A stretch of 64,000 bases of DNA from Antedon mediterranea (lineage: Eukaryota > Animalia > Echinodermata): contig NC_092677.1 of the NCBI RefSeq assembly GCF_964355755.1, positions 17,444,101 to 17,508,100 on the forward strand. The letters are read 5' to 3'. Within the stretch, counting starts at the first letter, position 1. The number at the start of each line of letters is the position of its first letter. Below the pieces are notes generated by a model that worked only from the letters and a program-made list of their open reading frames with translations, was not told the origin of the DNA and did not search any database. A program made the translations under genes and the position numbers. Shown here in pieces: positions 50,561 to 63,599 of this stretch.

Positions 50561-53019
50561 ATCAAATACATCACAAAGGTTTAATGTGACATAAGAAGAC
50601 GTGTGCATAAGAAACTTGATATACCTTTAAGTATAAAAATAAAAAGAACCGAATCTGCAGTATTTCAATATTTAAACATGTTTACAGTTTATATATTTCT
50701 GTAACCAATCTACATTGCGGCACTGATAACCGGTTCCTGAAGGTATACGATATATAAGTTATATACAAAACTATATAATTAACCAGTTAAGAAAAGTAAT
50801 AGGGTTAACCTTCTAAACGGTCATTAACCAAAAATAAAAAGTATCATCTATAATTTAGAGAAAAAAATATTGGATTTAGACGGTGAATAAAAAATAATGC
50901 AATATTTGTTCATGTCATTTACATGATATATTGATAGTGACATTCGTAAATATGTTTTTATAAAAGTTACAGCCATAAAAAAAGTTTTCCAATTAATCCC
51001 ACACTTTATATTCAGAATGAAACAATAGTTTATTACACTTACGGGGTTCGCATGAATGTAGAAATTCTTCCAATCGGTGCGGCCAGATAAAGTATTGACC
51101 ATATAGGCCAAAAGATACAAGTGGGTGTTTCCATAAATTAAGGGGCCAGTGGGTATTTTAGTATTGGTGATAGTTAGTTTGCTGTTTACTCTAAATTGGT
51201 AATAGTTATTTAAAAAATAATTTTATCATATGATAGAACAATAATATGGATTAATACTATTACATGTTGGAAAAAAAAAATTGCAAAAAAACCCGATTAA
51301 AAAAAAAAAAAATATCGTGATGTCTAGCTCATTTTATTAAAATATGTGTGACATTTAAATACACTGACATATCAGAGTTAAAAAAATATACTACAGCAAT
51401 AGTTATTTTGTATTTATTTATCATCACAATAGAGTACAAAGCAACGTTAAATATAAGCTAATTACAATTTCCCACGATTTTTTGTTTTCCACACAACGGT
51501 CCACGGCTACGTCCAGCATCACAACGTAACATTTCGTGTCTCACTTTGTTACGTTGTTAGTACGATCTTTATTAGTGAACAGACACAAGAAGTACCACTA
51601 TAATGACGAAAATCGAATTACATTCACTACAACAGATCACTGAAATTTACCTTACACAATGTTCTACAAAATGGCGATTTTATTTAGTCAGTTACAGACG
51701 AAAAACTATTTTTTTAGAACATTTCGTGTCTCGTATATTTGTTACGTAGTTATTCATAGACCATCGGTGGTGAACGCCGCAAGAGCTATTTCTGAAGTTG
51801 AATGTCACATGATTCAAGAAGCAGGCGAACTAAAGTCTCGGCGAAAAAATCATCGCTAGGATCCGCGCTAATTTCGAGTTACAGCGGTAGAGACTTTTCG
51901 TGTCCCTCTGTTACGTTGTTTCAACTGTTACGTTGTAAATAACTTCTACGCGCTTCATTGCATGTAAGTTTTGTGTATTCTTATTTTGTTAGTTTTTAGA
52001 ATTTAGAAAATAGTGGGTTATAATGAAAAATACAAGAGGATTAAACGGCAAAACTATCTTCGTACTCTAACGTCAACATCATAGTCAAAAACTGGGTGTC
52101 GTATACACAATAAGACACGGTTACGTTGGTAGTTTGTTGATACTATATACGGTAGTTGATATTTGTTTTAATGTGGTAGGAATGTTGTTTATCTCATAGC
52201 AGCTTCATAATGTATACCCAATGAACAGATATGTCTATAATTGATTAATATTTAACAAATTAATGAGCAAAATTGCAAAACATTTTCCACTAGGCAGGTT
52301 ACAGCGTAACATCGTAGAAGATACGCCGTGTCTTGTTACGTAGTGTACTAGAGTGTAGTATTTTGCAAATAATTAGCAATTAGTTACCATAAAATCTTTA
52401 AATTTTACATTATGTGTTTGCTATTTGGTTATTGCTTCTATATGACACAGAAAAATAAAAAGTTATTTAATTATTGTCACAAGAAATAGGGATAAAAGTC
52501 CATAGTTTACAACCACTTTGAGAATAAAAACAAATTCGTCGTTTTTGACTATTCTATTTGTTACTGTGGGAAAAAAAAAGAATTTTAATTGGTTCATTTC
52601 AGTTATAATAAAAAACATATTACACAAAATAATGTGTAATATTAGTACATAATTTTGTTTATTTATTTAACGTTGCTATTCGACAAGATAAAATATGAAT
52701 TAAATGTTTACTATAATATACATTTAAAATACCCTCCACAATAGTGAGCGAGTCCAAGCAACTTGGTTGTCGCGTATGCGCGCCTATCATATTTGGGCGA
52801 TTTCACTTGATGTGTAGGGAATATTTAACTTGTTTCAATTACAATCTACGGAAGATATACTAAGGTTTTATAAATTTAATAATAATTAATAACTTTATTT
52901 AAATTGATAAAAACAATCACATATAATATAAACGCAAGGCTGTGGATAACAATTTATTATGAACGAAATCAAATCAAAACAACAAAGAAAAATAGGTTCT
53001 CCTAATAGTAATAGGATAG

Positions 53020-53550
53020 TATTACCACGTGCTTGGGCAATGAACTCTGCTCCACATTGCGATAAATTTATTTTTAGCTGGCTCGGCGACTCCGAAGCTG
53101 AAAGGGGTGACTGGTATTTCTACAGGTCTGTTAGATAATTATTAAGGGTTTTCCAAAATATCACGTGCTTGGCTAATGAACTCTCCTCCACATTGAGATC
53201 GCGTTTATTTTTTAGCTGACTCGGCGACTCCGGCGTTATTTCTACAGCGACAGTGTATATACTCCATGTACGTACGATGATTATTAATAGGGTTTTCCGA
53301 AACACCACGTGCTTGGCTAATAAAATTCTCCTCCAAATTGAGATCGCGTTTATTTTTAGCTGTTCAGTTTGATGAATCTTTATTTTTTAATTTTTATTGA
53401 AAACCAACGTGATTGCTGGCTCGGCGACTCCCGGTGCTCAAATGGGGTGACTGGTATCATTTCGGTCATGGTTCAGTGAACCTTTATTTTGTTGGCCAAA
53501 ACCCACACGCTTGCTTCGTCGGCTCCCTACAAAGAGATCGCGCTTAGTTT
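53020..53550. repeat. Degenerate 120-145-bp tandem repeat x4
   Basis: CACGTGCTTGGCTAATGAACTCTCCTCCACATTGAGATCGCGTTTATTTTTTAGCTG.CTCGGCGACTCC recurs at about 53025, 53162 and 53306, and partially at 53405-53550. Confidence 0.8.
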
Positions 53551-54581
53551 AATGGGGAACCTTACTCTTCGTTTTAAATATATTCCACAGACTTCAACAT
53601 TATAACTAGTCTACTGTTTTCCCGATGTGGTTTAAAAACAATTATAAAAGAATGAGAAATAAAGTCAACAGACATTTTACAACATTTAAAAATAATACGT
53701 AAAAAACATTTATACCCAGTATAACTAAGACAATATTATCAGTAACATATTAATTTTATTATAATAATAAAATGATAATAATAAATATTTGATAAATAAT
53801 ATTATTATTTTAAACTAATAATCTGAAAAGAAAGCCATAGTTTTAGTCAAATCAATTTATGAGCATAACTCAAGAAAGACAAATATATACAGTGTTCATT
53901 TATTGTTTTATAATTAATAATAATAAATATTATAATCCATCAACATAAGATAAGAAAACACTTTCTTTAGTATAGTAGGCCTAACATATTTTATAATAAT
54001 AATAGATATATTTATTTTTATTTAAATTTGTATAATTTATATTATATTAAAAATTACATACTTTATATATTTCTATATGATGATGAATCAAATTTAACCC
54101 AGATGGGCAAATCTAATGTTTCATTGTCATTTTTTTCATCTATATAGATCAGCAGTTTATCAACAATGTTACCGTTCCAATTGAGAACTGCATTTAACCC
54201 CAAAAATAGAGATGCTGCATCAACAAAAAGACCAACCAAAGAAACATCAGCCCACAGACGGTTCTCGAATACACAGTAATTTCAGCGTAAAAAAAAATTA
54301 CATAACTCAAATTAAATTATTAAACAGGGTTACATCAGGTGGTTAAAATCAGCACTGAAAGTACGAACCAACTTTATATACCATTGAGTAAACATTTTAG
54401 AAGTAATGCGCGTTGTCACACTTTAAAAATAATGTATTTGTTCTTGTTGACTTATTTAAGTGAACTTTTTGGTGTCTCTGTTACACGTGAAAACTTCAAT
54501 TTTTTATTGCATGAATTATATTGTTTTATTGATTAAAAGATAGTATTTGATATACTATTTTTACCAGTTTATCAATTGTAT

Positions 54582-56464
54582 CAGGGCTCGCAGAATCCTA
54601 AAATATTTGGTTGCCCTTCGGGCAAGTAGGTTTTGCATTTTGGTTGCCCTCATCATTTTTTACTTGCCCACCATTTTAACGTTTTATACCGCGACTGCAC
54701 CGCGAAAAAACGTCGGTGAAAAACGCCTGTGCTTAATACACTGTGGTGATTTTTTCGATGGATTTTAAGTAGTGAAAACAATTTTTCAAATTTTTTCAAT
54801 TACACAGTGATGTAGGCCAATCTTTTAAGAACATTTTACAGTAATTTATTTTCTCATACGATCCTCCGTGCAAGAGTTGCGATTGTTTAATTAACATGGT
54901 GTCCTGAAATCCCTTGAAAACGCTATGTTATTTCTGTCGGTTACGCTTCGTTGCACGGCATTGTTTGTCATCGATCGAAGATGTGTTCCCTTTCGTGAAT
55001 GAAAAAGGCGTATTCACGTGGGTTTACTTTGGGAGCAAAAACGTTTTGCTTCTATTGTGCAATGACATTCCGAAATCAAGCTATTTTGCGATATTCAAAA
55101 TGTAGTGGCCTAGATATGGCACTAATTGTCTTACAATTATTTAATAGATATATCTAAAATATTGCCTATAGAAATGTAGGCCTAGGCCTAAAAAGTTTAA
55201 ACAAAGTACTTATGAAGGTGATGAGCTTGCCGAAGTCTAGTTGAAATCATAGAGAAGAAAAAAAAAAAACATCAACTGACGTCCGTCTTAGTGACGTGAA
55301 ACAATACGCATGCGTATAGCAAAAAACCTCACAGCAGCACTGCCTGCCGTACGTAGGAGCACATGTGTGGAGAGTGCGGGCTTGTGGAAGTTTACTTGTT
55401 GTTTCAGTAGAAGCTCGCACAGGTTGGATGAAAACAACAATCTGCTCGTACAAGTTGGTGATTGAAAACAACACAAGGGAACTGTGCCGAATTGTGGTGA
55501 AAACCACGTGCTCCGCCAAGTTGGAGTTTTTGAAAGTTCAACTCTCGGCGATACCCGAAGAAGTGTATTATTTTCAATGTGGATAATAAAAAATAAACTA
55601 ACTATTTAAGTATTCAATGTATTTATTAAATTAAATAAATTATTAGGCCTATTAAATTTATATTCTGTAATATTTATAAAAAAAATGGTAGGCCTACTTG
55701 CCTGTGTTAAAAACATCGGCCGCCGAATCCAACTCCCGGTGCCTATTTGGCACAGACAATTAAAATTACGTATTTATTATAATTTAATAATATGTATTTT
55801 CAATACAAATGTACATTTGAACAATAATTACAGTAATTCAGCAAATTATTTATTACACACAAAATACATAACATGAATGTAATTAAACATAGGCCTAATC
55901 TACTATAGGCTGTATAGGCCACATAATTAATAAATAAATATTACCACCGTAAAATGATGTCGATAATTGAGAAAAACAAAAACATACTAGCCCCTATTTT
56001 TTTTGGTTTATAGTATAACTAGGGAGTTGTTAATTAGAAACTCCCTGGTATAATAACTTCAAATAAGTTAAAATAAGCCGAGAGTTCAACGCTTCCTATT
56101 TCGCGATCAATGGATGCCGCAAGAGACCGCGTGCTATATGACAGACCTGGAAACTCTATACGCAACGACTTGATACGCCCGACTGCATAGAAACACATGT
56201 TTTGGCTCCTGGAGATAACGTTCCATACCACCGATCCATACATTTACTTAACAAACACTACACTGGTCTCGACGTCAAGAGAATTCGTTCGTGCGCGACT
56301 ATTATTTTCATTGTTACAGTATTTCACAACCCCTGTAAAACATCGTGGACATTTTCGGTGATTTTAAGAGGTTGCCCGTCGGGACATGACATGTTAAGTT
56401 TTAATTGCCCGAGGTATTTTTTTGGTTGCCGCGGGACGTCGGGCAAGCGATTCTGCGAGCCCTG
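54582..56464. mobile_element. hAT5-like non-autonomous element (5-bp TSD)
   Basis: TIR CAGGGCTCGCAGAATC / GATTCTGCGAGCCCTG; TTGCCC/GGGCAA subterminal repeats; TGTAT on both flanks. Confidence 0.82.
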
Positions 56465-59400
56465 TGTATGCAGTTGTAATCACATTTGTTACACTTTAAA
56501 AATGGCTGCATATCAAACCATTACATAAAACATTGTGACGAGTTAAAGTGAACATTTGGAGTCTCCGTTACACGTGAAATCTTCCATTTATATTTCATGA
56601 ACCATATTGTTTTATTGCCACATAGAGGTATGATCCTGATTTGACTTGTTGCTAGTAAATGTATACTTGAGGTATATTCTGTTCATTTCTGTATTGTTTA
56701 CATGTAATTTTTAAACAGCAGTGACTTTACAAATCTTTTAATAGAAATTAAATCAACTTTAACGGCTTTGCATAATTATGTCATAAGCTATTTTTTAAAT
56801 TTGAAAAGGTGTGATTTAAATAATATTTTTCTGCATTGAAGATGTTCCCAAAAGCTATTTAAAAAATTCAATTTAAACAGTTTTAGGTTATTAATAATAA
56901 CTTATAAGAGGGGTAGATAATGTGATTTTGGTGTCTCCGTTACACGTGAAATTTGCTATATAAATGCTGTTACATAGAGACAACAGATTTAATGTGTATT
57001 TTGCTTTTTTTTTAGTTCAAGTACATGATATACTACCGTATTTAGAATTGATTATTAGACTTAGAATGTCACACTTTGAAATTCTGACCCTAATGTCACA
57101 CCTTGGCCCCTTATTTATGGAAACACCCTTATATTTCACATTATTTCATTAAAAAAATTTTTTTTTTTTTTTTTAATATACAAATATAATCATTTTATTC
57201 TTTATATTTACATAAAATTATTTATAATATTTGATTTTTATAGAGATATTGAATTACTTTAAAAAATGCGATCCACTAATTAATTTTAGTGATTAATTCC
57301 ATGTTTTTATATATAGCGCCACCTACTGTCCGACTTCTAAAACATTTTGGTACTTGGTATTTGAAGCCCTCTATCAGCCATATCCACGTGTAGCGGCCAT
57401 TTTTTTTTTTTTACAACTATTAAAAATCAAATTTTGGGTTACTTTTACACATTTTAAATAAGTTTGGTGTAGATTTTATAGACCTATGACCTTATAAGTT
57501 TCTTTAAAAACCCAAAATCATGTGTGACCTTGAACTTTACCTTACATAAATTATTGGTTTTAGAAGCGATGTTCATGGAAAATTGTAATTTTTGTTGGTT
57601 ACCCAGCGACGTGACATCGGTAATGAATAATTCATGAGGAAAAATTATTTGATTGGTCAATATTTTATACATATTCATAAGTAAACAGTGTCACGTGTCC
57701 GAGTACCAACAATGTCCGAGTAGCGCGCCCTCTACCCTAGGCCTATATACAGCAGTATGTGTAATCGGATTTTATAACACTGGCCTTTATAGTTTCTACA
57801 TTTTTTGGGGAAAATGAAGCATACATTCTGGCAATTAAGTGATAAATATAAGATGGCGAACATTTCGCAGTGTGTTGACATCGAGTTCAGTATTGTTTAA
57901 TAAAATGTTTTGAAAAGTATTGTTATTTAAAAAAAATTACTTCGTAAGTGGTCGAATCGTAAGTGGTCGAATCGTAAGTGGTCGAATCATATAGACATGT
58001 TACATACAGTACCGGACAGAATTATTGCAGATTTTGAACGCATTCAACGCATTGTTAAAGTGTTGACAAGGCGTTGAAACTGCGTTGTCCGTTGGCGTTG
58101 AAAGTGTTGAGTTCGTTGAACTGTTTATTCAACCAACACAATGTGTTGCGTTGAGTTTGCGTTGAAATAACGAACAATCGGATTCGTATGGTATTTACAG
58201 ATTGCCAGTGTGTATTAGTAGTAGTAGTAGTAATAGTATAAAATACAGTATTACAAATAATGAAGAAAACAAACATAATGTGTATTTTTCCGCGGAAACC
58301 TAGCTTAATATATTACACTCACTAGGCTAGGCCTACTCGTTAGTAGAGTAGTAGGCCATGTGTGTATATGAGCCGCGTCTGCCATCGCAGTTAAAGTAGT
58401 GGTCATGTCCTCAAATACTGTGTGCCTATCTATATTAACTGGAGTATTAAATACCAAAGTTAAGGCGCCGGTGAATCTTGGAGGCTAGGTCACATCGTAA
58501 TTAATTATTTCCAAACTAAAAACTTCGCAGTACTGTACTACATTTTTCTCAATTATTTATAAAAACAACGTATAGCCTACACCCGCCGCCGTGGAAGGCA
58601 ACAACACACCACCAACATAACGATCCAGCATGGTCGTCGTCTTTTTCACGCATGCTTTTCGTGACGTGAGGGACGAACTGATCGAAAGGTGAAGAGTTCA
58701 TTCATTATGAAATAACGCGTAATTAAAAGGGAAAAAATCGTTTAGTTTTATTATTATCCATAAATATATCATTATCATGTATTATATTATAAATTAATTA
58801 TTGTGATGCCTAACGTAACCCATGCAGAGAAAAGCGCTAAATATAACCAAGAAATAGGAATGACCAATCTGATGACAATAGGCAAGGTTAGGCGTTTTCT
58901 TTAAAATCAAAACCTGTGCCATACCATATTATTCACGCCTAGGTGTAACCCACAAATATTTGAATAACCAAACAATTCAGAATAAAGAACCACTTTATTC
59001 TGATGCAAGACAATATATTATTATAGGCGAGGTTTAGGCGTTTTCTCTTTAACATACTATTGTTTCTTAATACTGTATAATTATATTGGCCTCCTCCTGA
59101 AACTGTATGAATGGATGGGAGTTGCGAGAATATGCGAGCGAACAGCCAACATTTTAAACAGTTACAGTGTGATGCTTTTCAAAACGCGCAACGTTTTCAA
59201 CGCGTTCAACGCTATGGAATTCAATTGTTTAACGTCGTCAATGAACGGTCAACGGGTTCAACACATTCAACACGCTCTATTGTTAACGTATTCAAAACGC
59301 TTGTTGTACTTAAAAATGTAATGTTGTTCGATTTATAAAGATTTGGTTCATGGGTGTCGGACACGTCAAATTGTGTAGTTCTTTCAAATTACATTACAAC

Positions 59401-60069
59401 AAACAATAGGACAATTATAAAATAAAAACCAAAATAGAGAAACAATATTTTAACTTTATCTCTTGAATCTCGAACAGCTAAAAAATGTAGGCCTAAATAA
59501 AATTAATTACTTCGTCGTCATTAACGATCGTTAAATACGTCATAACACACGTGGTGTTTTTCTTGAGGAAACCGGGGTGGCGGCCTCGTGTGTTGATGTC
59601 AGTAATTTCCACGTTGTTTGATTTTACGACGTGAGATCGTGTTTTCCCCCGGAAGGCCTACAGTACAGTGTTAGACTTGGCATCGACCTTATTATTCGAT
59701 GTTTTCCTTCACTAAACACTGGGAAATATCACTGTGTGTTTTATTTGGTAACTGTCCGTTCAATACTTAAAAATATATCTAAGCTTCATATATATTTTAT
59801 TTATATTAAAATATCTGGTAGTGACTGCCAATAGGTATTTTGCCTGTTGTTGTTACTGATCGGCCAGTCTAGTGCTGCAGCAGCTAGCGTTGAAATAACT
59901 CATTGTTTACTTGACATGCTGATAATGACTTTCGTTGAATAAACAACTAAACGTTGAAAGCCGTTCAACGCAACGCAAACACAACGCAACGACAACGTGT
60001 TGAATGTTGAGTGTGAAAAAGAAAAATTTAGGTGAGAAATCGAAGATATAATGGTGTGGTGCGAAACTG

Positions 60070-60145
60070 CAGTAGCGCCCGAATCGTCTCGGGGCCGAAT
60101 CTTCCCGGGCCGAATCGTCCCAGGGCCGAATCGTCCCGTTACCCA
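60070..60145. mobile_element. MITE terminus built from GGCCGAATCGTCCC subrepeats
   Basis: Four tandem GCCGAATC(G/T)TC(C/T)C units ending in CCCGTTACCC; partner end not identified. Confidence 0.5.
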
Positions 60146-60346
60146 AACGACACTGTGTGACTGTGTGTGAATTTCTTATCAAAATTGTTTTTTACCTGCA
60201 TCGTAAGACGACCCCTTACTATTCTGCTTCGACATTTTCCGGCTTGTGTGGGGCTTGTGTCAAGCTTGTGTGAGTATCTCTCTGTAGCTCGACTCCCCCT
60301 CGACTCATGGAATACCGTCGTGTTCGGCCGCATGTATTTAGTAGTA

Positions 60347-60510
60347 CAGGCCTCGAATTTGGGGATTTTAAGGGCAAGGCCATTTGGCCTCCGGTTTTCA
60401 TTGATTTTAGGGGCACCAAGGCCAAATGGGAGGGCACCAAGGCCATTTGTTTTAAATCAAAGGGACACCAAGGCCAAAATTAAAAAATATTTTAATAACT
60501 AGGCCAAAAT
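60347..60510 (+). mobile_element. hAT-like element 5' end
   Basis: CAGGCCTCGAATTT terminus followed by repeated GGGCACCAAGGCCA(AAT/TTT) subterminal motifs, similar in design to the two CAGGGCTCG elements. Confidence 0.5.
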
Positions 60511-61314
60511 TAAAAAATAGCTTTTTTTCCGGTTGAGGGTGGAATTTTTTTCAAAAAAAAAAAAATCTACCCGCAAAATGTTTTGAGGATTTCCCCCTAT
60601 TCATCAGATTGCGTAGTAGTAGTAGTAGGACTGTCTACAATACATCTTATCCTTATCTTTTTGTATTTCATATAAATATTACGTGTATTTACGATCCATA
60701 TAAATAATAAATAGGTACAATGTTCAGCGTTTATAGTTTACCGTCCTTTGTTGAATGTTTTAAATAATGCGATAAAAAGGCATGTGAAGCCAACCAAGCA
60801 ACCCCAGAACAGGTAAAGACCCTAACAACAGCAAGCTACTCAGCCTTACTTAGCTAGCAGCCGACGGAGAAAACATGATACAAAAACAATTTGTGTGTAG
60901 GCCGCCTTACCTACAACTATTCATACACAGAGTGTTAACCACGGTAAAAATCAAGCCAATGACATTATGTAGTAGAATATAAATTATAGTTATTTTCCGA
61001 GTTTCGATTTCTGAAGCTTTTTTGTTAGTATAATCCATATTTATAAGAATTCAAAACGCGGACGGACACCGACCCCTTTCTCTCTCTCTGTTTAGCCTTC
61101 TGCACGTGTATTGTGGACTATACCATTTCCTTGAGTTCGGTAAAAACGCGTTTGGTAATTTAGTGCACGACGTTGTTTAAACAAGATTTTTCGATGATCT
61201 GTCTGCTGGATTATTGAGGTGGGTGCGATAAAATATAAATATGATATACTTCCAACGATCTTCGGGTTGAGGTGCAGGTTTAACTTTGGTGCTAAAAGTA
61301 AACACCCCTAATTG

Positions 61315-61522
61315 TACACGTATAATGGACTACACCATGCAGGAACGCACATGGTATTTTGTTATCAGAGGGTGCGTGTACGTCAAAAGGAATTGTTTTT
61401 CCAACGATACCATCCTTCGCGTACACGAATAATTTTACACGTATAATGGACTACACCATGCAGGAACGCACATGGTATTTTGTTATCAGAGGGTGCGTGT
61501 GCGTCAAATAGAATTGTTTTCC
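61315..61522. repeat. 121-bp-period tandem duplication
   Basis: TACACGTATAATGGACTACACCATGCAGGAACGCACATGG...GAATTGTTTT at 61315 and 61436. Confidence 0.9.
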
Positions 61523-62034
61523 CAATGAATTGCGTGTGTTCGACCGGATCGACGGCGGGAGGATAGGCTAGGCTGGCTAGGAGTGCTAATATGAATATTA
61601 TTGACATAACAAAATATTTATGCTTATGTTTACCATTATTAGTTAGACTTAAAAAACATAAAAATTGATACCCGTATGTTTTTCCAATTGCAGATGAAAC
61701 CCAAACAAATTTAATGACACTGCATATTTCACAAAGTTGAACAATATAACACAAACAATAATGATGATGATGATAAATGATGATAATTTAAATTGTGGTG
61801 TTATTTAAACGGGAAGACACTTACCGTTATATTTTAAAGGCCAATACATTGGAAGAAAAAGAGATATGGATATTTTTGGGATTAAGTGTACAGTATATAA
61901 TTAAACATACAGTATAATTAAACATACATTAAGCAACAGTATAAATGATTTACTCTACCTTAAAAACACATATTTTAATTTGACAGATATTATGCTTATT
62001 ATTTAATTCTTTCCATTTTACGAAAAATATTTAC

Positions 62035-62753
62035 CTGTGGTGATCAAGCATATTCAAGTAAAATGTCGACTACTTTAACGTTCTGCATATCCACCGCTCG
62101 CAAGAGTGCGTCCCCAACGTTCACATCGTTTTGTAAAAGAACTTTTACTATTTCTGAAAAGAATTAGGGGATTGATTTTAGAAACCATTGTTGACAAAAT
62201 AAACATTTTTACCACCTTTATAATTTAAAAGATGAGCTTTCAGAGGAATGTTGAGTTTAAACAAAGTTTAAAAATTTCATCTGTAATTACTCGGATACTT
62301 ATTTTATTTATTTATTTTTATTTTCAATCTTTCGACAATCACAAACAAAAAAGTTGAACGGGGCTGTCAAGGCAAATGACCCTTCATTTGGGTGGTGGAC
62401 GCTCATCCTGGAATAGAGAATTGGCAGTACCGTGAAATTATTAAAAGCGGAATATACCTTAATTTGTCGTTTATTTGCATTAAATTATCATTAATTGATC
62501 TACACAATATAACAATTTATGCAAGAACTTAGAGAAAGGTTTGAAACATTACCTATTTACCTATGTTGTTTGATTTAATTGCCACTGCTAGTGCATTTTT
62601 ACCATCTGGGTTTGTACAGTTTTTATCAAAGTCACAATGAGAAAGAGCGAATTCCACAGCATCCAGATCACCACTTTCGGCTCCCTTTAAGTACAGTTGA
62701 CGAAGGGTATCTTGATCTACCTCCTCTTCCATCATAGAAATATAGCGCGACTC
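62035..62753 (-). pseudogene. TRPC-like (short transient receptor potential channel) N-terminal ankyrin-repeat exons with an in-frame TGA
   Basis: Exons 62561-62753 and 62035-62153 splice in frame: LYLKGAESGDLDAVEFAL...NCTNPDGKNALAVAIKSNNIEIVKVLLQNDVNVGDALLRAVDMQNVKVVDILLEYA*; the GDALL.A ankyrin pattern is typical of TRPC. TGA at 62044-62046; no further TRP exons recognised downstream. Confidence 0.7.
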
Positions 62754-62869
62754 CTAAAAATCGAGGGGGAAAGTAATAAACAATATATTATTTTTATTAT
62801 ATACAAACTGCATCAATGGTTAAGCACCCGTCTATTTACAGGAACTAATTCAGAAGTATAACCCTGTTC

Positions 62870-63045
62870 GCCAGGGACTCAGATCCACACAAGATATTAC
62901 TCTTCTTGCTGTTTCTAAAACTAGTAGACTATTTGGTGATAAAACATTTTCTGCCATTGGACCTACTAAGTTATGGAATAATCTACCTCTTAATGTGCGT
63001 ATTATAGCTCCTCTAAGTGTACAATATTTTAAGAAATTGTTAATT
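62870..63045 (+). mobile_element. L2-clade LINE 3' coding remnant
   Basis: Translates as GLRSTQDITLLAVSKTSRLFGDKTFSAIGPTKLWNNLPLNVR, the conserved ORF2 C-terminal motif of L2/CR1 elements. Confidence 0.7.
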
Positions 63046-63294
63046 TGTTAAATTTTCTTTTCCCTGCTAATTTGTGGAATAAACTAGAACAGTAATATAT
63101 AATCAACTCCAAGTATATATGAATATAATATGTACTGTATATAAGTATTTATTATATGAATGTATACATTTTTTAATAAAAATTTTTTTTTAGTGATACT
63201 GTATTTTCATCAGCTAAAGAAAAAAAATCTCTATGACCCAAAGGCCAGCTGTCCCTTTAAAAATACATATACAAATAAAAATACATTTAAAAAC

Positions 63295-63599
63295 ATGCAA
63301 GGGATGCAGAAATTATTTCAAAAAATAGTTATAGCACCCATCCCCTGCGTTTTAGAAGATGTCTCTGGGCAGTCTTTAATTTTGTTCTGTCTGACAGGAC
63401 TAGGTCTTTGGCCTGGAATTGTGGGTGGCAAATTTGCACACATTTGATTTTGGGGTGATATTAATAAACACTTTGTAAATTTCCCAGTTGTTGTGTTTGA
63501 GTTTTTGGATTGTAAAAATGTAGTTTTTCTTTGTGCCGTATCACCAAGTCATATGGTGGAGTTACTGGTTTTTTGAAATAATTTCTGCATCCCTTGCAT
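63295..63599. repeat. Perfect 30-bp inverted repeat pair (possible MITE)
   Basis: ATGCAAGGGATGCAGAAATTATTTCAAAAA (63295-63324) and its exact reverse complement (63570-63599). Confidence 0.75.

Larger units (their letters stand above)
51123..57128. mobile_element. About 6-kb non-autonomous TIR element hosting a nested hAT5-like insertion
   Basis: GGGTGTTTCCATAAATTAAGGGGCCA at 51123 vs TGGCCCCTTATTTATGGAAACACCC ending at 57128; repeated TGTTACGTTG (left part) and TCTCYGTTACACGTGAAA (54475, 56562, 56934) motifs. No clean TSD. Confidence 0.55.

Noticed and set aside
62044-62046. Selenocysteine codon
   Set aside because: Not a redox-motif context and no SECIS identified; nonsense mutation is more parsimonious.
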